From Longimicrobiales bacterium (GTDB lineage: Bacteria > Gemmatimonadota > Gemmatimonadetes > Longimicrobiales > RSA9), in assembly GCA_036564015.1 (NCBI GenBank), contig DATCLG010000217.1, positions 1 to 58,624 on the forward strand: a stretch of DNA of 58,624 nucleotides. Reading direction: 5' to 3'. Position numbers and translations under genes: made by a program. The notes under the pieces were generated by a model that saw nothing but the letters and a program-made list of their open reading frames with translations, searched no databases and was not told the DNA's origin. Shown here in pieces: positions 42,247 through 51,066 of the stretch. Numbering within the stretch: position 1 is the first letter of the stretch; the number at the start of each line of letters is the position of its first letter.

Positions 42247-43049
42247 GCGGGGCTCACCTCCCGTGCCTTGCGGTACATCGCCTGCGCCTGATGCGGCAGC
42301 CGCTTCTTGTCGTACAGGATCCCCATCGTGAAGTACGCCCGCGGATTGTTCGGCTGCAGCTGCACCGCCCGCTCCAGCATGTCCAGCGCTTCCTCCACCC
42401 GACCCAGGTGGTTCAGCGCCTCACCCCGATAGAGATGCGCCGTCGCATTCCCCGCATCCAGCTCGATCGCCCGCTTGAACTCCAGCTCCGCCTGATTGTA
42501 CAGACCGCGGCGGAAATACAACATCCCCACCATCTCATGCACATCCGCCCGGTTCGGCTCCAGCCTCTGGGCCCGGCGCAGCTCCCGCTCCGCTTGCTCG
42601 AACCGCCCCATCGCACTCAGCACCGACCCCAGACACACCAGCGCATCCACGTTCTCCGGATCCTGCGCTCGCGCCGCCTCGAACTGCTCGAGTGCCAGCG
42701 CGTACTCCCCCTTCCGCTCGTACACCATTCCCAGGCTGAGCCGCGCCCGGATGTTCGTCGGATTGTCCAGCAGCAGCTCCCGGTGCACCTCGATCGAGCG
42801 ATCCAGCTCCCCCCGCCGCTCCAGCTCCTGCGCCCACGCCAGCCTCACCTCGTCGCTCGCTGGAGTCCCGCCGCCCGGAATCCCGAAATCCACCTCCGCC
42901 TCCGGCACCGGGCCGCCGGCGCTGGCAGCAAACCCCACCGCCTCGCCTCCAGGCTCCGCCTCCTGCGCCTCCGCCGACGACGCGCTCTCAGGCTCAGACA
43001 CCACCGGCGCGACCTTCACCCCGCTCCGATGCTCGCTCTTCTTCGACAT
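42243..43049 (-). CDS. tetratricopeptide-repeat protein
   Basis: At least 5 tandem 34-aa TPR units (e.g. ALALEQFEAARAQDPENVDALVCLGSVLSAMGRF) follow an acidic, low-complexity N-terminus. Confidence 0.85.
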   Translation of the reverse strand: MSKKSEHRSGVKVAPVVSEPESASSAEAQEAEPGGEAVGFAASAGGPVPEAEVDFGIPGGGTPASDEVRLAWAQELERRGELDRSIEVHRELLLDNPTNIRARLSLGMVYERKGEYALALEQFEAARAQDPENVDALVCLGSVLSAMGRFEQAERELRRAQRLEPNRADVHEMVGMLYFRRGLYNQAELEFKRAIELDAGNATAHLYRGEALNHLGRVEEALDMLERAVQLQPNNPRAYFTMGILYDKKRLPHQAQAMYRKAREVSPA

Positions 43050-43055
43050 TCGCCT

Positions 43056-43400
43056 TCAATCCTTGTCACGAACCGAGATCGTGCTCTCCGCCAGCCAGTC
43101 AAGATAAGGACCATGACCGGCAATCACCGGAAGGACAAGAACCTCCGGCACCTCATACGGATGCAGCTCCGGCGCACGCACCAGGAGCCGCGGCACGGCC
43201 TCCTCCACCAGCTTCAGGACGACCAGCGCCTCCGCATCCCGCTCCACCGCGCCCTTCCAGCGATAGATCGACGTCAGCCCCGGCACGATGTTCCCGCACG
43301 CGACCACCCCCTCCTCCACCAGCGTCCGGACCAGCCGCTCTCCCACCTCCACGTCGGGCACGGTCATCAACGCCACACAGGCGCCTTTCGCCGTTGACAT
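43056..43400 (-). CDS. cutA: divalent-cation tolerance protein CutA
   Basis: Trimmed to the ATG at 43400. VALMTVPDVEVGERLVRTLVEEGVVACGNIVPGLTSIYRWKG...HPYEVPEV. Confidence 0.88.
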   Translation of the reverse strand: MSTAKGACVALMTVPDVEVGERLVRTLVEEGVVACGNIVPGLTSIYRWKGAVERDAEALVVLKLVEEAVPRLLVRAPELHPYEVPEVLVLPVIAGHGPYLDWLAESTISVRDKD

Positions 43401-43480
43401 GCGCAACCCCCTCCCGCTCACCTGTCCGCGCCGTGCAGATCGCCGCCCCCAGCAGGCCGCGCCGGCGCTCACCACGCGAC

Positions 43481-45334
43481 CTACTCCACGACCAGCAACC
43501 GCTCCGATTCCGCGTACAGCGCCTCGATGACCTCCCGACACTCCGCCTCCACCACCCGCCGCCTCACCTTCAGCGTCGGCGTCATCTGACCCGCCTCGAT
43601 CGTGAAACCCTGCTCGAGGAAAGCCACCTTCTTCGGCACCTCGAATCGCGCGAACCCATCCAGCATCCCGAACACCTCCGCCTCCATCTTCCTACGCACG
43701 CGCTCGTCCCTCAGCAGCGCCCCCCGATCCTCCGCCGCCACCCCGTTCTGCGCCGCCCACTCGCCCAGCGCCTCGAAGTTCGGCACCACCAGCATCACCG
43801 GGTACGGCCGACGATCCCCGATCACCACCGCCTCCGCCACGAACCGGTTCAGCTTCACCCGGTTCTCGATCGGCTGCGGCGCGATGTTCTTCCCCCCCGC
43901 CGTCACGATGAGGTCCTTCTTCCGGTCCGTGATCCGCAGGAACCCGTCCTCGTCGATCTCCCCCACATCCCCCGTGTGGAACCAGCCGTCCTCGTCGATC
44001 ACCTCCCGCGTCGCCTCCGGCTGGTTGAAGTACCCCTTCATGACCTGCGGACCCCGGACCAGGATCTCCCCGTCCTCCGCGATCATGATCTCCGTCCCCG
44101 GCACCGGCTTCCCCACCGTCCCGAACCGGAACTCCGCCGGCGTGTTCACGTTCGTCACGGGCGACGTTTCCGTGAGGCCGTAACCCTCGTAGACGGGCAA
44201 CCCCGCTCCATAGAAGAACTTCCCGACCTCCGGACTCAACGGCGCCCCGCCCGACACGAAGAACCGGATCCGCCCACCCGTCCGCTCCCTCAGCTTCCGG
44301 TAAACCAGCCCGTCCGCCAGCAACCGCTCCAGCCTCAACGCCAGCCCCGGGGACCGCCCCTCGCTCCGCGCCTCCGCCCACCGCACCGCCACTCCCTTCG
44401 CCCACTCCACCACCCGCCGCTTCAGCCCCCCCGCCTCCATCACCCGAGCGTACACCTTCTCGTAGAGACGCGGCGTCCCAACCATCAGGGTCGGGCGCAC
44501 CTCCACCATGTTCTGGGCGATCGCCTCGATCGATTCCGCGTACGCGATCGTGCAGCCCTTCCAGAAGAGATAGTAGTCCGCCATCCGCTCGAACACGTGG
44601 GACAGCGGGAGAAAACTCAGCACCACGTCGCTCGGGCTCACCTCGATCACCCGCTCCACCGCCCGCACGTTCGAGTACACGTTGGCGTGCGTCAGCATCA
44701 CGCCCTTCGGCTCGCCCGTCGTCCCCGAGGTGTAGATGATCGTCGCCAGGTCCTCGGGATCCGCCGCCAGGGCCCGCTCCCGGAACCCCTCACCCCGCCC
44801 CTCCGCCTCCTCCCGCCGCCCCAGCTCCAGCGCCTGCCCCAGCGTCAGCTCCCCCTCGCCCCCCACCTCCACCTCCTCGAACACCACGATCCGCTCCAGC
44901 GCCGGCAGCTCCGCCCGCGCCCGCCGCACCTTCTCGAGTTGCTCGGCCGTCGACACGAAGATCAGCCGCGCACCCGCATCCCTCAGGATCGGAGCGATCT
45001 GGTTGCTCGGCAGGGTCGCATAAATGGGCGTGACCACCCCGCCCACGCACAGCGTCGCATAGTCCGCCAACGCCCACTCCGGCCGGTTCTCCGACAGGAT
45101 CGCAACCCGGTCACCCCGGCGCACACCCAGCCACTCCAGCGCCAGCCCCAGCCGCCGGACATCCGCCTGGAACGCCGCGTGCGAAATGCTCCGCCATCCG
45201 CCTCTCACCTTGTGGCGAAAGGCGTCCTGCTTGTCGTGTCGATCGATCGCGTCGAAAAATAGCTGGACTAGCGTGCCGCGCGGGAGATCGGCCGGGTTCG
45301 CGACGTACTTCCGGGTCCCCGGACGCGTGGACAT
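43481..45334 (-). CDS. fadD: long-chain fatty acid--CoA ligase (AMP-dependent synthetase)
   Basis: AMP-binding motif IIYTSGTTGEPKGVMLTH, plus GYGLTE, TGDVGEIDEDGFLRITDRKKD and GKNIAP. GGAGG Shine-Dalgarno. Confidence 0.9.
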   Translation of the reverse strand: MSTRPGTRKYVANPADLPRGTLVQLFFDAIDRHDKQDAFRHKVRGGWRSISHAAFQADVRRLGLALEWLGVRRGDRVAILSENRPEWALADYATLCVGGVVTPIYATLPSNQIAPILRDAGARLIFVSTAEQLEKVRRARAELPALERIVVFEEVEVGGEGELTLGQALELGRREEAEGRGEGFRERALAADPEDLATIIYTSGTTGEPKGVMLTHANVYSNVRAVERVIEVSPSDVVLSFLPLSHVFERMADYYLFWKGCTIAYAESIEAIAQNMVEVRPTLMVGTPRLYEKVYARVMEAGGLKRRVVEWAKGVAVRWAEARSEGRSPGLALRLERLLADGLVYRKLRERTGGRIRFFVSGGAPLSPEVGKFFYGAGLPVYEGYGLTETSPVTNVNTPAEFRFGTVGKPVPGTEIMIAEDGEILVRGPQVMKGYFNQPEATREVIDEDGWFHTGDVGEIDEDGFLRITDRKKDLIVTAGGKNIAPQPIENRVKLNRFVAEAVVIGDRRPYPVMLVVPNFEALGEWAAQNGVAAEDRGALLRDERVRRKMEAEVFGMLDGFARFEVPKKVAFLEQGFTIEAGQMTPTLKVRRRVVEAECREVIEALYAESERLLVVE

Positions 45335-45374
45335 GAAATAACCTCCAGATCGGTAGGGCCGGCTGCAACGCGGC

Positions 45375-45785
45375 TCAGGCCACCACCAGCTCGCTCCTCA
45401 CCTCCACATCCGGCCGCAACGTGTGCAACACGCTGCAGTACTTCTCGTGCGACAACGCAATCGCACGCCGCACCTTCTCCTCGTCCCCCACGCCCAGCCC
45501 CTGAACCTCGTACACCAGCCGGATTCGCGTGTATCGCCGGGGAGCCTCACACGCTCGATCCCCCTCCACCCGCACTTCCAGCCCGCCCAGCGAAACACGC
45601 ATCTTGCGGAGGATGTCGACAACATCCACCGCCGTACAGCCCGCGAGCGAGAGCAGCAGCAACTGCATCGGCGTTGGCCCGCCACCCCCGCTCCCATCCA
45701 GCCTCACCACCCCGCCGCTCGGCCCTCCACCCTCGAACTCCAGCCCCTCGCCCCGCCACCTCAGGCTCACCGTGACATCCGCCAT
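45375..45785 (-). CDS. OsmC family peroxiredoxin-like protein
   Basis: 136 aa. PMQLLLLSLAGCTAVDVVDIL and LSHEKYCSVLHTL carry the two conserved OsmC cysteines. Confidence 0.88.
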   Translation of the reverse strand: MADVTVSLRWRGEGLEFEGGGPSGGVVRLDGSGGGGPTPMQLLLLSLAGCTAVDVVDILRKMRVSLGGLEVRVEGDRACEAPRRYTRIRLVYEVQGLGVGDEEKVRRAIALSHEKYCSVLHTLRPDVEVRSELVVA

Positions 45786-46216
45786 TAACCGCCGCCTCCC
45801 GTCAAGGCCCGCGACTCGAGCCAGGCCAGCGTCTCCCGCGCGTGCTGCACATGCCGCGCCGCCTCCGGGTCGGTCGGCGGCGAAGCCAGGAACGCGCGCA
45901 GATGCGTCTCCGCCTCCGCCTCCTTCCCCTCCCGCAGCAGCAGGAACGCCAGCCCGTAATGCGCGCCCACCGCCGTCGGGTCCCGCTCCAACACCCCACG
46001 GTACGTCTTCATCGCCTCGTCCGTCATCCCGATCCGGGTATAGGCGATCGCGATCTGCTGCAGCACCGCTGGGTCGTTGGGGCTCTCCCGCAGCGCCAGA
46101 CGAAACGACGTCAGGGCCTCGTGGTACTGCCCCGCCTTCAGTAGCTCCAGGCCTTCCCGATAATAGTCGACCTTCTCCTCGTCACCGTCGCCAAACAGCT
46201 TCTTCCACCAGGCCAT
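45785..46216 (-). CDS. small TPR-repeat protein
   Basis: Trimmed to the ATG at 46216 (MAWWKKLFGDGDEEK). 3-4 TPR units. The stop overlaps the OsmC start by 1 nt (TAATG). Confidence 0.72.
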   Translation of the reverse strand: MAWWKKLFGDGDEEKVDYYREGLELLKAGQYHEALTSFRLALRESPNDPAVLQQIAIAYTRIGMTDEAMKTYRGVLERDPTAVGAHYGLAFLLLREGKEAEAETHLRAFLASPPTDPEAARHVQHARETLAWLESRALTGGGG

Positions 46217-46318
46217 CGGTAAGTCACAGAGGCGGGAGGGTCCGGCCCAGGGCGGCATCGCCCTGACCCTTTCCGAAAAAATAGAAACCACCAGGGACCT
46301 ACGCCAGCCCCGAGCACC

Positions 46319-46948
46319 TCAACGTCGAACCGCCACGACCGTCTCCCCCTCCGCCGCCAGCGGCTCCAGCCCCGCCCGCGCCAGCCGCTCCACCACCCCC
46401 CTACCAGCCCCCTGCACCACCAGCCGCCCGAGACGGGACACCACCCGCGCTCCCTCCTCCAGCAGCCTCTCCGCCCTCTCGCCCGTCAGCGCCACCGCGC
46501 GCATCGTGCCCGAGAAGAAGGGGAGCTGCGCCCCCGTCGCCAGCCGGCTCACCCCCGGCACCTCCGGCCACCCGGCGAGCGACGGGTCCACCGCGACCAC
46601 CTCGATCCCTTCCACCACCCCCGCGATCCCGGGCGCGAGCCGCGCCGCCTCCCCCACCACCAGCACGAAACCCGGTCCCTCCGTCACCCCCAGCAGCGCC
46701 GCCAGCCGGAACGCCTCCTCCCGGTCCCCTTCCTCGGGGGAACTCCCCCCTTCCCCCGCCGGCGCTTCCACCCGACCCGCTCTCAGGTCCGCAAACCCGC
46801 CCGCGATCGGGTACTTCTCCCGACAGTTCGCGCACCCCAGCCATCCCTCGAACACACGCCGGTTCTCCATCCGCTCCGCCAGCAGGATCAACCCGAACTC
46901 CGGACCACACCGCGGGCAGGTCAGATGGTCCGTCAGTAGAATGTGCAT
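46319..46948 (-). CDS. Trm112-like zinc-ribbon protein fused to a degenerate methyltransferase-like domain
   Basis: N-terminal segment LTCPRCGPEF...LGCANCREKYPIAGG (CxxC...CxxC, Trm112/UPF0434 pattern). The C-terminal Rossmann-like region lacks a clean GxGxG SAM motif. Confidence 0.65.
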   Translation of the reverse strand: MHILLTDHLTCPRCGPEFGLILLAERMENRRVFEGWLGCANCREKYPIAGGFADLRAGRVEAPAGEGGSSPEEGDREEAFRLAALLGVTEGPGFVLVVGEAARLAPGIAGVVEGIEVVAVDPSLAGWPEVPGVSRLATGAQLPFFSGTMRAVALTGERAERLLEEGARVVSRLGRLVVQGAGRGVVERLARAGLEPLAAEGETVVAVRR

Positions 46949-46952
46949 CCGT

Positions 46953-47339
46953 CTAGAAGAACAGGGCTCGCTCCGAATACTGAGCCCACTGGGTTGGCGT
47001 CTCCCAAACGCGCACGTACAGCAGCCCCCTGGCCATCTCCTCCGGCAACCGCTTCTTCAGCTCCTCGTAGAAATAACGCGCCTGGTTCTCCGCCGACGGC
47101 TCGATGTCCGTGAACGGCGGGATCTCGTTCAGGTTCGTGTGGTCCAGCCGGTCCGCCAGCGCACGCAGATGCCGCTTCACCTCCACGAAGTCGAACGCCA
47201 GCCCCGCTTCGTCCAGCTCCTCCGTCGCCAGTGCCACCTCCACCACGTACCGGTGCCCGTGGAGCCGCTCGCACTTCCCTCTATACTTGCGCAGCCGATG
47301 CGCACTGTCGTAATGAGCCTGCACGCTGACTACGTACAT
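46953..47339 (-). CDS. queD: 6-carboxy-5,6,7,8-tetrahydropterin synthase-type PTPS homologue (QueD-like, Cx3HGH)
   Basis: HYDSAHRL...CERLHGHRY (Cx3HGH), then LDHTNLNEI. GGAGAGAGG Shine-Dalgarno. Confidence 0.85.
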   Translation of the reverse strand: MYVVSVQAHYDSAHRLRKYRGKCERLHGHRYVVEVALATEELDEAGLAFDFVEVKRHLRALADRLDHTNLNEIPPFTDIEPSAENQARYFYEELKKRLPEEMARGLLYVRVWETPTQWAQYSERALFF

Positions 47340-47388
47340 GTCCTCTCTCCCTGATCGCCCTGCCTCTGCACCACCAGCATCGCACCCC

Positions 47389-48117
47389 TCACGACCGCTC
47401 CACGACGATGCTCCGCACCCCCACCTCCGGCGGCCGCGTCGCCGCGTACACGATCGCGTCCGCCACCGCCTCCGGCCTCAGCATCGCCTCCCGCGGCGGC
47501 AGCCCCGGATGCCGCGCCCGATCGATCCCCTCCCACAGCGGCGTGTCCGTCGCCGCCGGCTCCACCAGAGTCGCACGCACGCCCGTACCCCGGAGCTCTT
47601 CATCCAGCACCGCGTGCAGGCCCCGTACCCCGAACTTCGAGGCCGAGTACGCCCCGTTGTGCGGAAACCCGCGCCGGCCGGCAATCGAGCCCACGGTGAT
47701 CAGATGCCCCGAGCCCCGCGCCAGCATCCCCGGCAAGAATGCCCGGATCACCAGGAACGGACCCCGCAGGTTGATCGCGATCTGCCGGTCGAAGCTCTCC
47801 GGATCCGTCTCCGCCACCGGAGAAAGCTCGAACACGCCCGCCGCGTTCACCACGATGTCCGGCGACTCTCCTCCCAGCAGCTCCCTCACCTGCGCCGCGA
47901 GCCGCTCGACTGAGCCCACGTCCGCCACGTCCGCAACGATCGCATGTCCACCAACCTCCTCCGCCGCCGCCCGCAACGCCGGCTCCCCCCGCGCCACCAT
48001 CGCCACCCATGCCCCCGCCTCCGCGAACCGGCGCGAGGCCGCCAGCCCGATCCCCCGCGACGCTCCCGTCACCACCACCGTGCGTCCCGCAAGCACCTTC
48101 TCACCCGATCGCGCCAT
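47389..48117 (-). CDS. short-chain dehydrogenase/reductase; candidate sepiapterin/pterin reductase by context
   Basis: [14 protein letters not shown] and YSASK. The 5' end overlaps the folE 3' end by 17 nt. Confidence 0.85.
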   Translation of the reverse strand: MARSGEKVLAGRTVVVTGASRGIGLAASRRFAEAGAWVAMVARGEPALRAAAEEVGGHAIVADVADVGSVERLAAQVRELLGGESPDIVVNAAGVFELSPVAETDPESFDRQIAINLRGPFLVIRAFLPGMLARGSGHLITVGSIAGRRGFPHNGAYSASKFGVRGLHAVLDEELRGTGVRATLVEPAATDTPLWEGIDRARHPGLPPREAMLRPEAVADAIVYAATRPPEVGVRSIVVERS

Positions 48118-48718
48118 GACCCAGGCACAGCCGCAAGAATTCGTCGCGCGTCCGTAGATCCTTCAGGAACACACCCCGCACCGCGCTCGTCAGCGTCTTC
48201 GAGTTCTGCTTCTCCACCCCCCGCATCATCATGCACAGATGATACGCCTCCACGATCACCCCCACCCCCTGCGGCCGCAGCACGTCCCACAACGCCTGCG
48301 CGATCTGCTCCGTCATCCGCTCCTGCACCTGCAGCCGCCGGGCGAACACCTCCACGATCCGCGGCAGCTTCGACAGACCCACGATCCGCCCGCTCGGAAT
48401 GTACGCCACGTGCACCTTGCCGAAGAACGGCAGCAGATGATGCTCGCACAGGCTGTACATCTCGATGTCCTTGACCACCACCATGTTGTGGTGGTCCTCC
48501 TCGAAGATCGCGTCCCCGATCACCTGCTCCACGGAGAGGCGATACCCCCGCGTCAGCCACGCCAGGCTCCGCTCCACCCGCTCCGGCGTCTTCCGCAGGC
48601 CCTCCCGCCCCACATCCTCTCCCAGACGCCGCAGCACCTCGCGGATCAGCTCCTGGAACGGCACCTCACTCAGCGATACCCCCGGGGCCGACACCTGTCC
48701 CTCGCGCAACGCTTCCAT
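48101..48718 (-). CDS. folE: GTP cyclohydrolase I (FolE type)
   Basis: Trimmed to the ATG at 48718 (GAGGAG upstream); an alternative ATG is at 48733. GLRKTPERV, the zinc motif [10 protein letters not shown], and HLCMMMRGV. Confidence 0.9.
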   Translation of the reverse strand: MEALREGQVSAPGVSLSEVPFQELIREVLRRLGEDVGREGLRKTPERVERSLAWLTRGYRLSVEQVIGDAIFEEDHHNMVVVKDIEMYSLCEHHLLPFFGKVHVAYIPSGRIVGLSKLPRIVEVFARRLQVQERMTEQIAQALWDVLRPQGVGVIVEAYHLCMMMRGVEKQNSKTLTSAVRGVFLKDLRTRDEFLRLCLGHGAIG

Positions 48719-48801
48719 GCTCGCTCTCCTCATCCGGCGATCCTGCCGCCCCGCCCCGCGCCGACAACCCACCACCACCCGTCGCGCGCAGCCCCACACC
48801 C

Positions 48802-49218
48802 CTAATCCCCCGTGTACTCCACATAATTCCGTGGAGTCTCCCACAGTACGAGCCGCACCAGCCTCACCCCATCCGGCAACGCCCCCTCCAGCCGCCTCCA
48901 GATCGCCACCACCAAGTTCTCCGCCGTAGGGTTGACCCCCTTCAGCCACGCCACATCCAAGTTCAGGTTCCGGTGATCCACGTCCCGCACCACCCTCCCC
49001 TCCACCAGCTCCTTCAGCTCCTTCAGGTCCAGGACGAACCCCGTCTCGGGATCGATCTCCCCCTCGACCGTCACGTCCAGCTCGTAGTTGTGCCCGTGCC
49101 AGTTCGGGTTCGCGCAGGCCCCGAACACCCGCTGGTTCCGCTCCGCGCTCCAGTCCTCCCGCGACAACCTGTGCGCCGCGTTGAAATGCACCCGCCGGGT
49201 CACCCGCACGCGCGGCAT
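48802..49218 (-). CDS. 6-pyruvoyl-tetrahydropterin synthase, animal-like PTPS-II type (Cx5HGH)
   Basis: VHFNAAHRL...[38 protein letters not shown]...[11 protein letters not shown] see residue-level similarity to mammalian PTPS as I recall it. GGAGG Shine-Dalgarno. Confidence 0.9.
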   Translation of the reverse strand: MPRVRVTRRVHFNAAHRLSREDWSAERNQRVFGACANPNWHGHNYELDVTVEGEIDPETGFVLDLKELKELVEGRVVRDVDHRNLNLDVAWLKGVNPTAENLVVAIWRRLEGALPDGVRLVRLVLWETPRNYVEYTGD

Positions 49219-49308
49219 GGATCCTCCTTGCCTCTTACGGCCTGGCTCGCACCTGCAAGCTGGGCGCTCTCCCCCGACCCCGCAAGAAGACCCGCCCCCT
49301 CAGCAAGA

Positions 49309-49341
49309 GAGCCGGCCCGCGCACACCGCGCGAGCCGGCTC
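49309..49341 (-). promoter_or_regulatory. strong extended hairpin in the 5' leader of the pterin gene cluster
   Basis: GAGCCGGC-c-CGCGC-acacc-GCGCG-a-GCCGGCTC (8+5 bp). Its 3' end is 90 nt upstream of the PTPS start. Confidence 0.3.
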
Positions 49342-49563
49342 CAGTGGCGTACCGGAGGGGATGCTTGAAGCCCTAACTCGTCACGATTGGTGACCTCCCC
49401 GCGCCTTGCCGCCGTCCCCTCGCGGGGCATGACGTCCGGCCCGGGAGCGAGTCCCGGCTTCACAGGTGTCGGCTCAAGATCGGGGCCTCCGATACGCCCG
49501 TCTCAAGCTCAATCTATCGCCCAACCGCACCCCGGTCAACCCGTTCCGCCTCGCCAGGCGCCC

Positions 49564-50241
49564 TCACGGCACCACGTCCGGCCGCGTATGGTAAAGGATC
49601 TGCACCGTCCCCCGGTCCCGATCCGTCGGCTTCGCCGTCACCGGCAGGCCGCCGGACATCAGGTCCTCTGGATCCGGCGAGTGACGGCCGATCCCCAGCA
49701 CGTGCCCCAGCTCGTGCGCCACCAGCCGCCGCACCCGCTCCGCGTTCCCCGCCTCATCCGCCGACACCGTCACCAGCATCCGCACCCTCCCCTCCCCCCC
49801 GGCCGGCGCCGACTTCAGCGGAAACGGCTCGAACCCGGTCCCGTCCTCCGTCAGACAGAACGTCGTGACCGCCCGCCCCCCGGCCGGCGGGCAACCCCAG
49901 ACTTCCACCGGCAACGGCGCATCCGACCACGCCAGGATCACGTCGGCTTCCTCCGCCCGTGCGACCGCGGCCAGACGGAACTCGCCGTACAGCACCGCCT
50001 CCTCCCACCCCGCCGCCCCCTCCTCGAACGCCGCACGCAGGAGCTCCGCCCGGGCGGCGTCGCTCCCGCCTTCCACCAGGACCCGGATCGTCTTGCCCGT
50101 CGGCCAGCGGTAGACCACGGGCGGAGTGGTCTCCAGCGCGAACTCGTACGCCTCCGCCCGCCCGGGCACCGTCGGCGAATCGCAGGCCGCCAGCAGCGCG
50201 ACCAGCGCCGCTCCACCCCACCAGACCACGCCGCCCCGCAT
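49564..50241 (-). CDS. matrixin/zincin-like metalloprotease lipoprotein
   Basis: Trimmed to the ATG at 50241 (ATGA overlap with the upstream gene). MRGGVVWWGGAALVALLAAC (lipobox). Zinc motif HELGHVLGIGRH (HExxHxxGxxH). Confidence 0.75.
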   Translation of the reverse strand: MRGGVVWWGGAALVALLAACDSPTVPGRAEAYEFALETTPPVVYRWPTGKTIRVLVEGGSDAARAELLRAAFEEGAAGWEEAVLYGEFRLAAVARAEEADVILAWSDAPLPVEVWGCPPAGGRAVTTFCLTEDGTGFEPFPLKSAPAGGEGRVRMLVTVSADEAGNAERVRRLVAHELGHVLGIGRHSPDPEDLMSGGLPVTAKPTDRDRGTVQILYHTRPDVVP

Positions 50242-50918
50242 CAGCGCACCCCCCGCCCGAACGCCAACCCCAGCTGCACCCCCACCCGCCACACCACCCC
50301 CTCCCGCCCACCCACCTCCTCGACCACCCCACTCCCAAACCGATGCGCCTGCGCCAGCACCCCCACCGAGACCCGCGGCTCCCCCACCTGCCACTCCGCA
50401 CCGCCCCCCACCTCCAGCACCGGCTTCATCACGGGCCCCGCGCGTAGCAGCCCGGCGCGCCCGCCAGAGTACCGGATCACCCCCAATCCCCCACGCACGT
50501 GGTACCGGCCCAGCACGCCCCGGCGCAGCCTGAACACCGCGTGCCCCACGTCCACCTCCCCGGCGCGCCACCGCCTGCCCGCCTCGCTCCCCCCGAGCTC
50601 CGCAGGCGCCCACCCCGCCGCGACCTCGAACGCCAGATCACGCCCGAAACCCGTCCGGGCAGCCACCTCCACCAGCGGCGCCACGCCCGGCCCCACCCTC
50701 ACCCCCTCCACCCGCCCTCCCAGCCCCAGCTCGCCCTCGAGCTCCGGCGCCACGACCGCATCCTCGACCAGCGCGCTCGAGGCGATCATCCCCCCGCGCA
50801 CCTCCACCGCCAGCCCCTGCGCCTCCAGGCGGCCGGCCCACAACGCCAGCACGCCCACCGCCAGTAAGCCCACCCTCCACCTCCCCGCCAGCGCAGTTCG
50901 CGCCGCCTTCTCCAACAT
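50241..50918 (-). CDS. putative outer-membrane beta-barrel protein
   Basis: Trimmed to the ATG at 50918. Signal-like segment VGLLAVGVLALWAGRLEAQG. Repeated Gly/aromatic alternating beta-strand pattern. Family not recognised with certainty. Confidence 0.55.
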   Translation of the reverse strand: MLEKAARTALAGRWRVGLLAVGVLALWAGRLEAQGLAVEVRGGMIASSALVEDAVVAPELEGELGLGGRVEGVRVGPGVAPLVEVAARTGFGRDLAFEVAAGWAPAELGGSEAGRRWRAGEVDVGHAVFRLRRGVLGRYHVRGGLGVIRYSGGRAGLLRAGPVMKPVLEVGGGAEWQVGEPRVSVGVLAQAHRFGSGVVEEVGGREGVVWRVGVQLGLAFGRGVR

Positions 50919-51039
50919 CACGACGCCTTCGATCACCGCAGCGCCTCCGGGACCCGCCACGCCGCTCGCCAGCCCGCCATCGCCTCCAGAAACCGACAAA
51001 AATAGGGAGCGGCCGCCGAAACTCGACGACCGCTCGCCT

Positions 51040-51066
51040 ATACTGCGGCGCTCTCCCCGGAGTTCC
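51040..51066 (-). promoter_or_regulatory. ECF-type promoter-like motif (GGAAC-N16-CAGTAT) upstream of the barrel/protease operon
   Basis: The minus strand reads GGAACT-N15-CAGTAT. It resembles the motif at 21675-21702. It overlaps an 8 bp hairpin (CTGCGGCG/CGCCGCAG). Confidence 0.25.
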
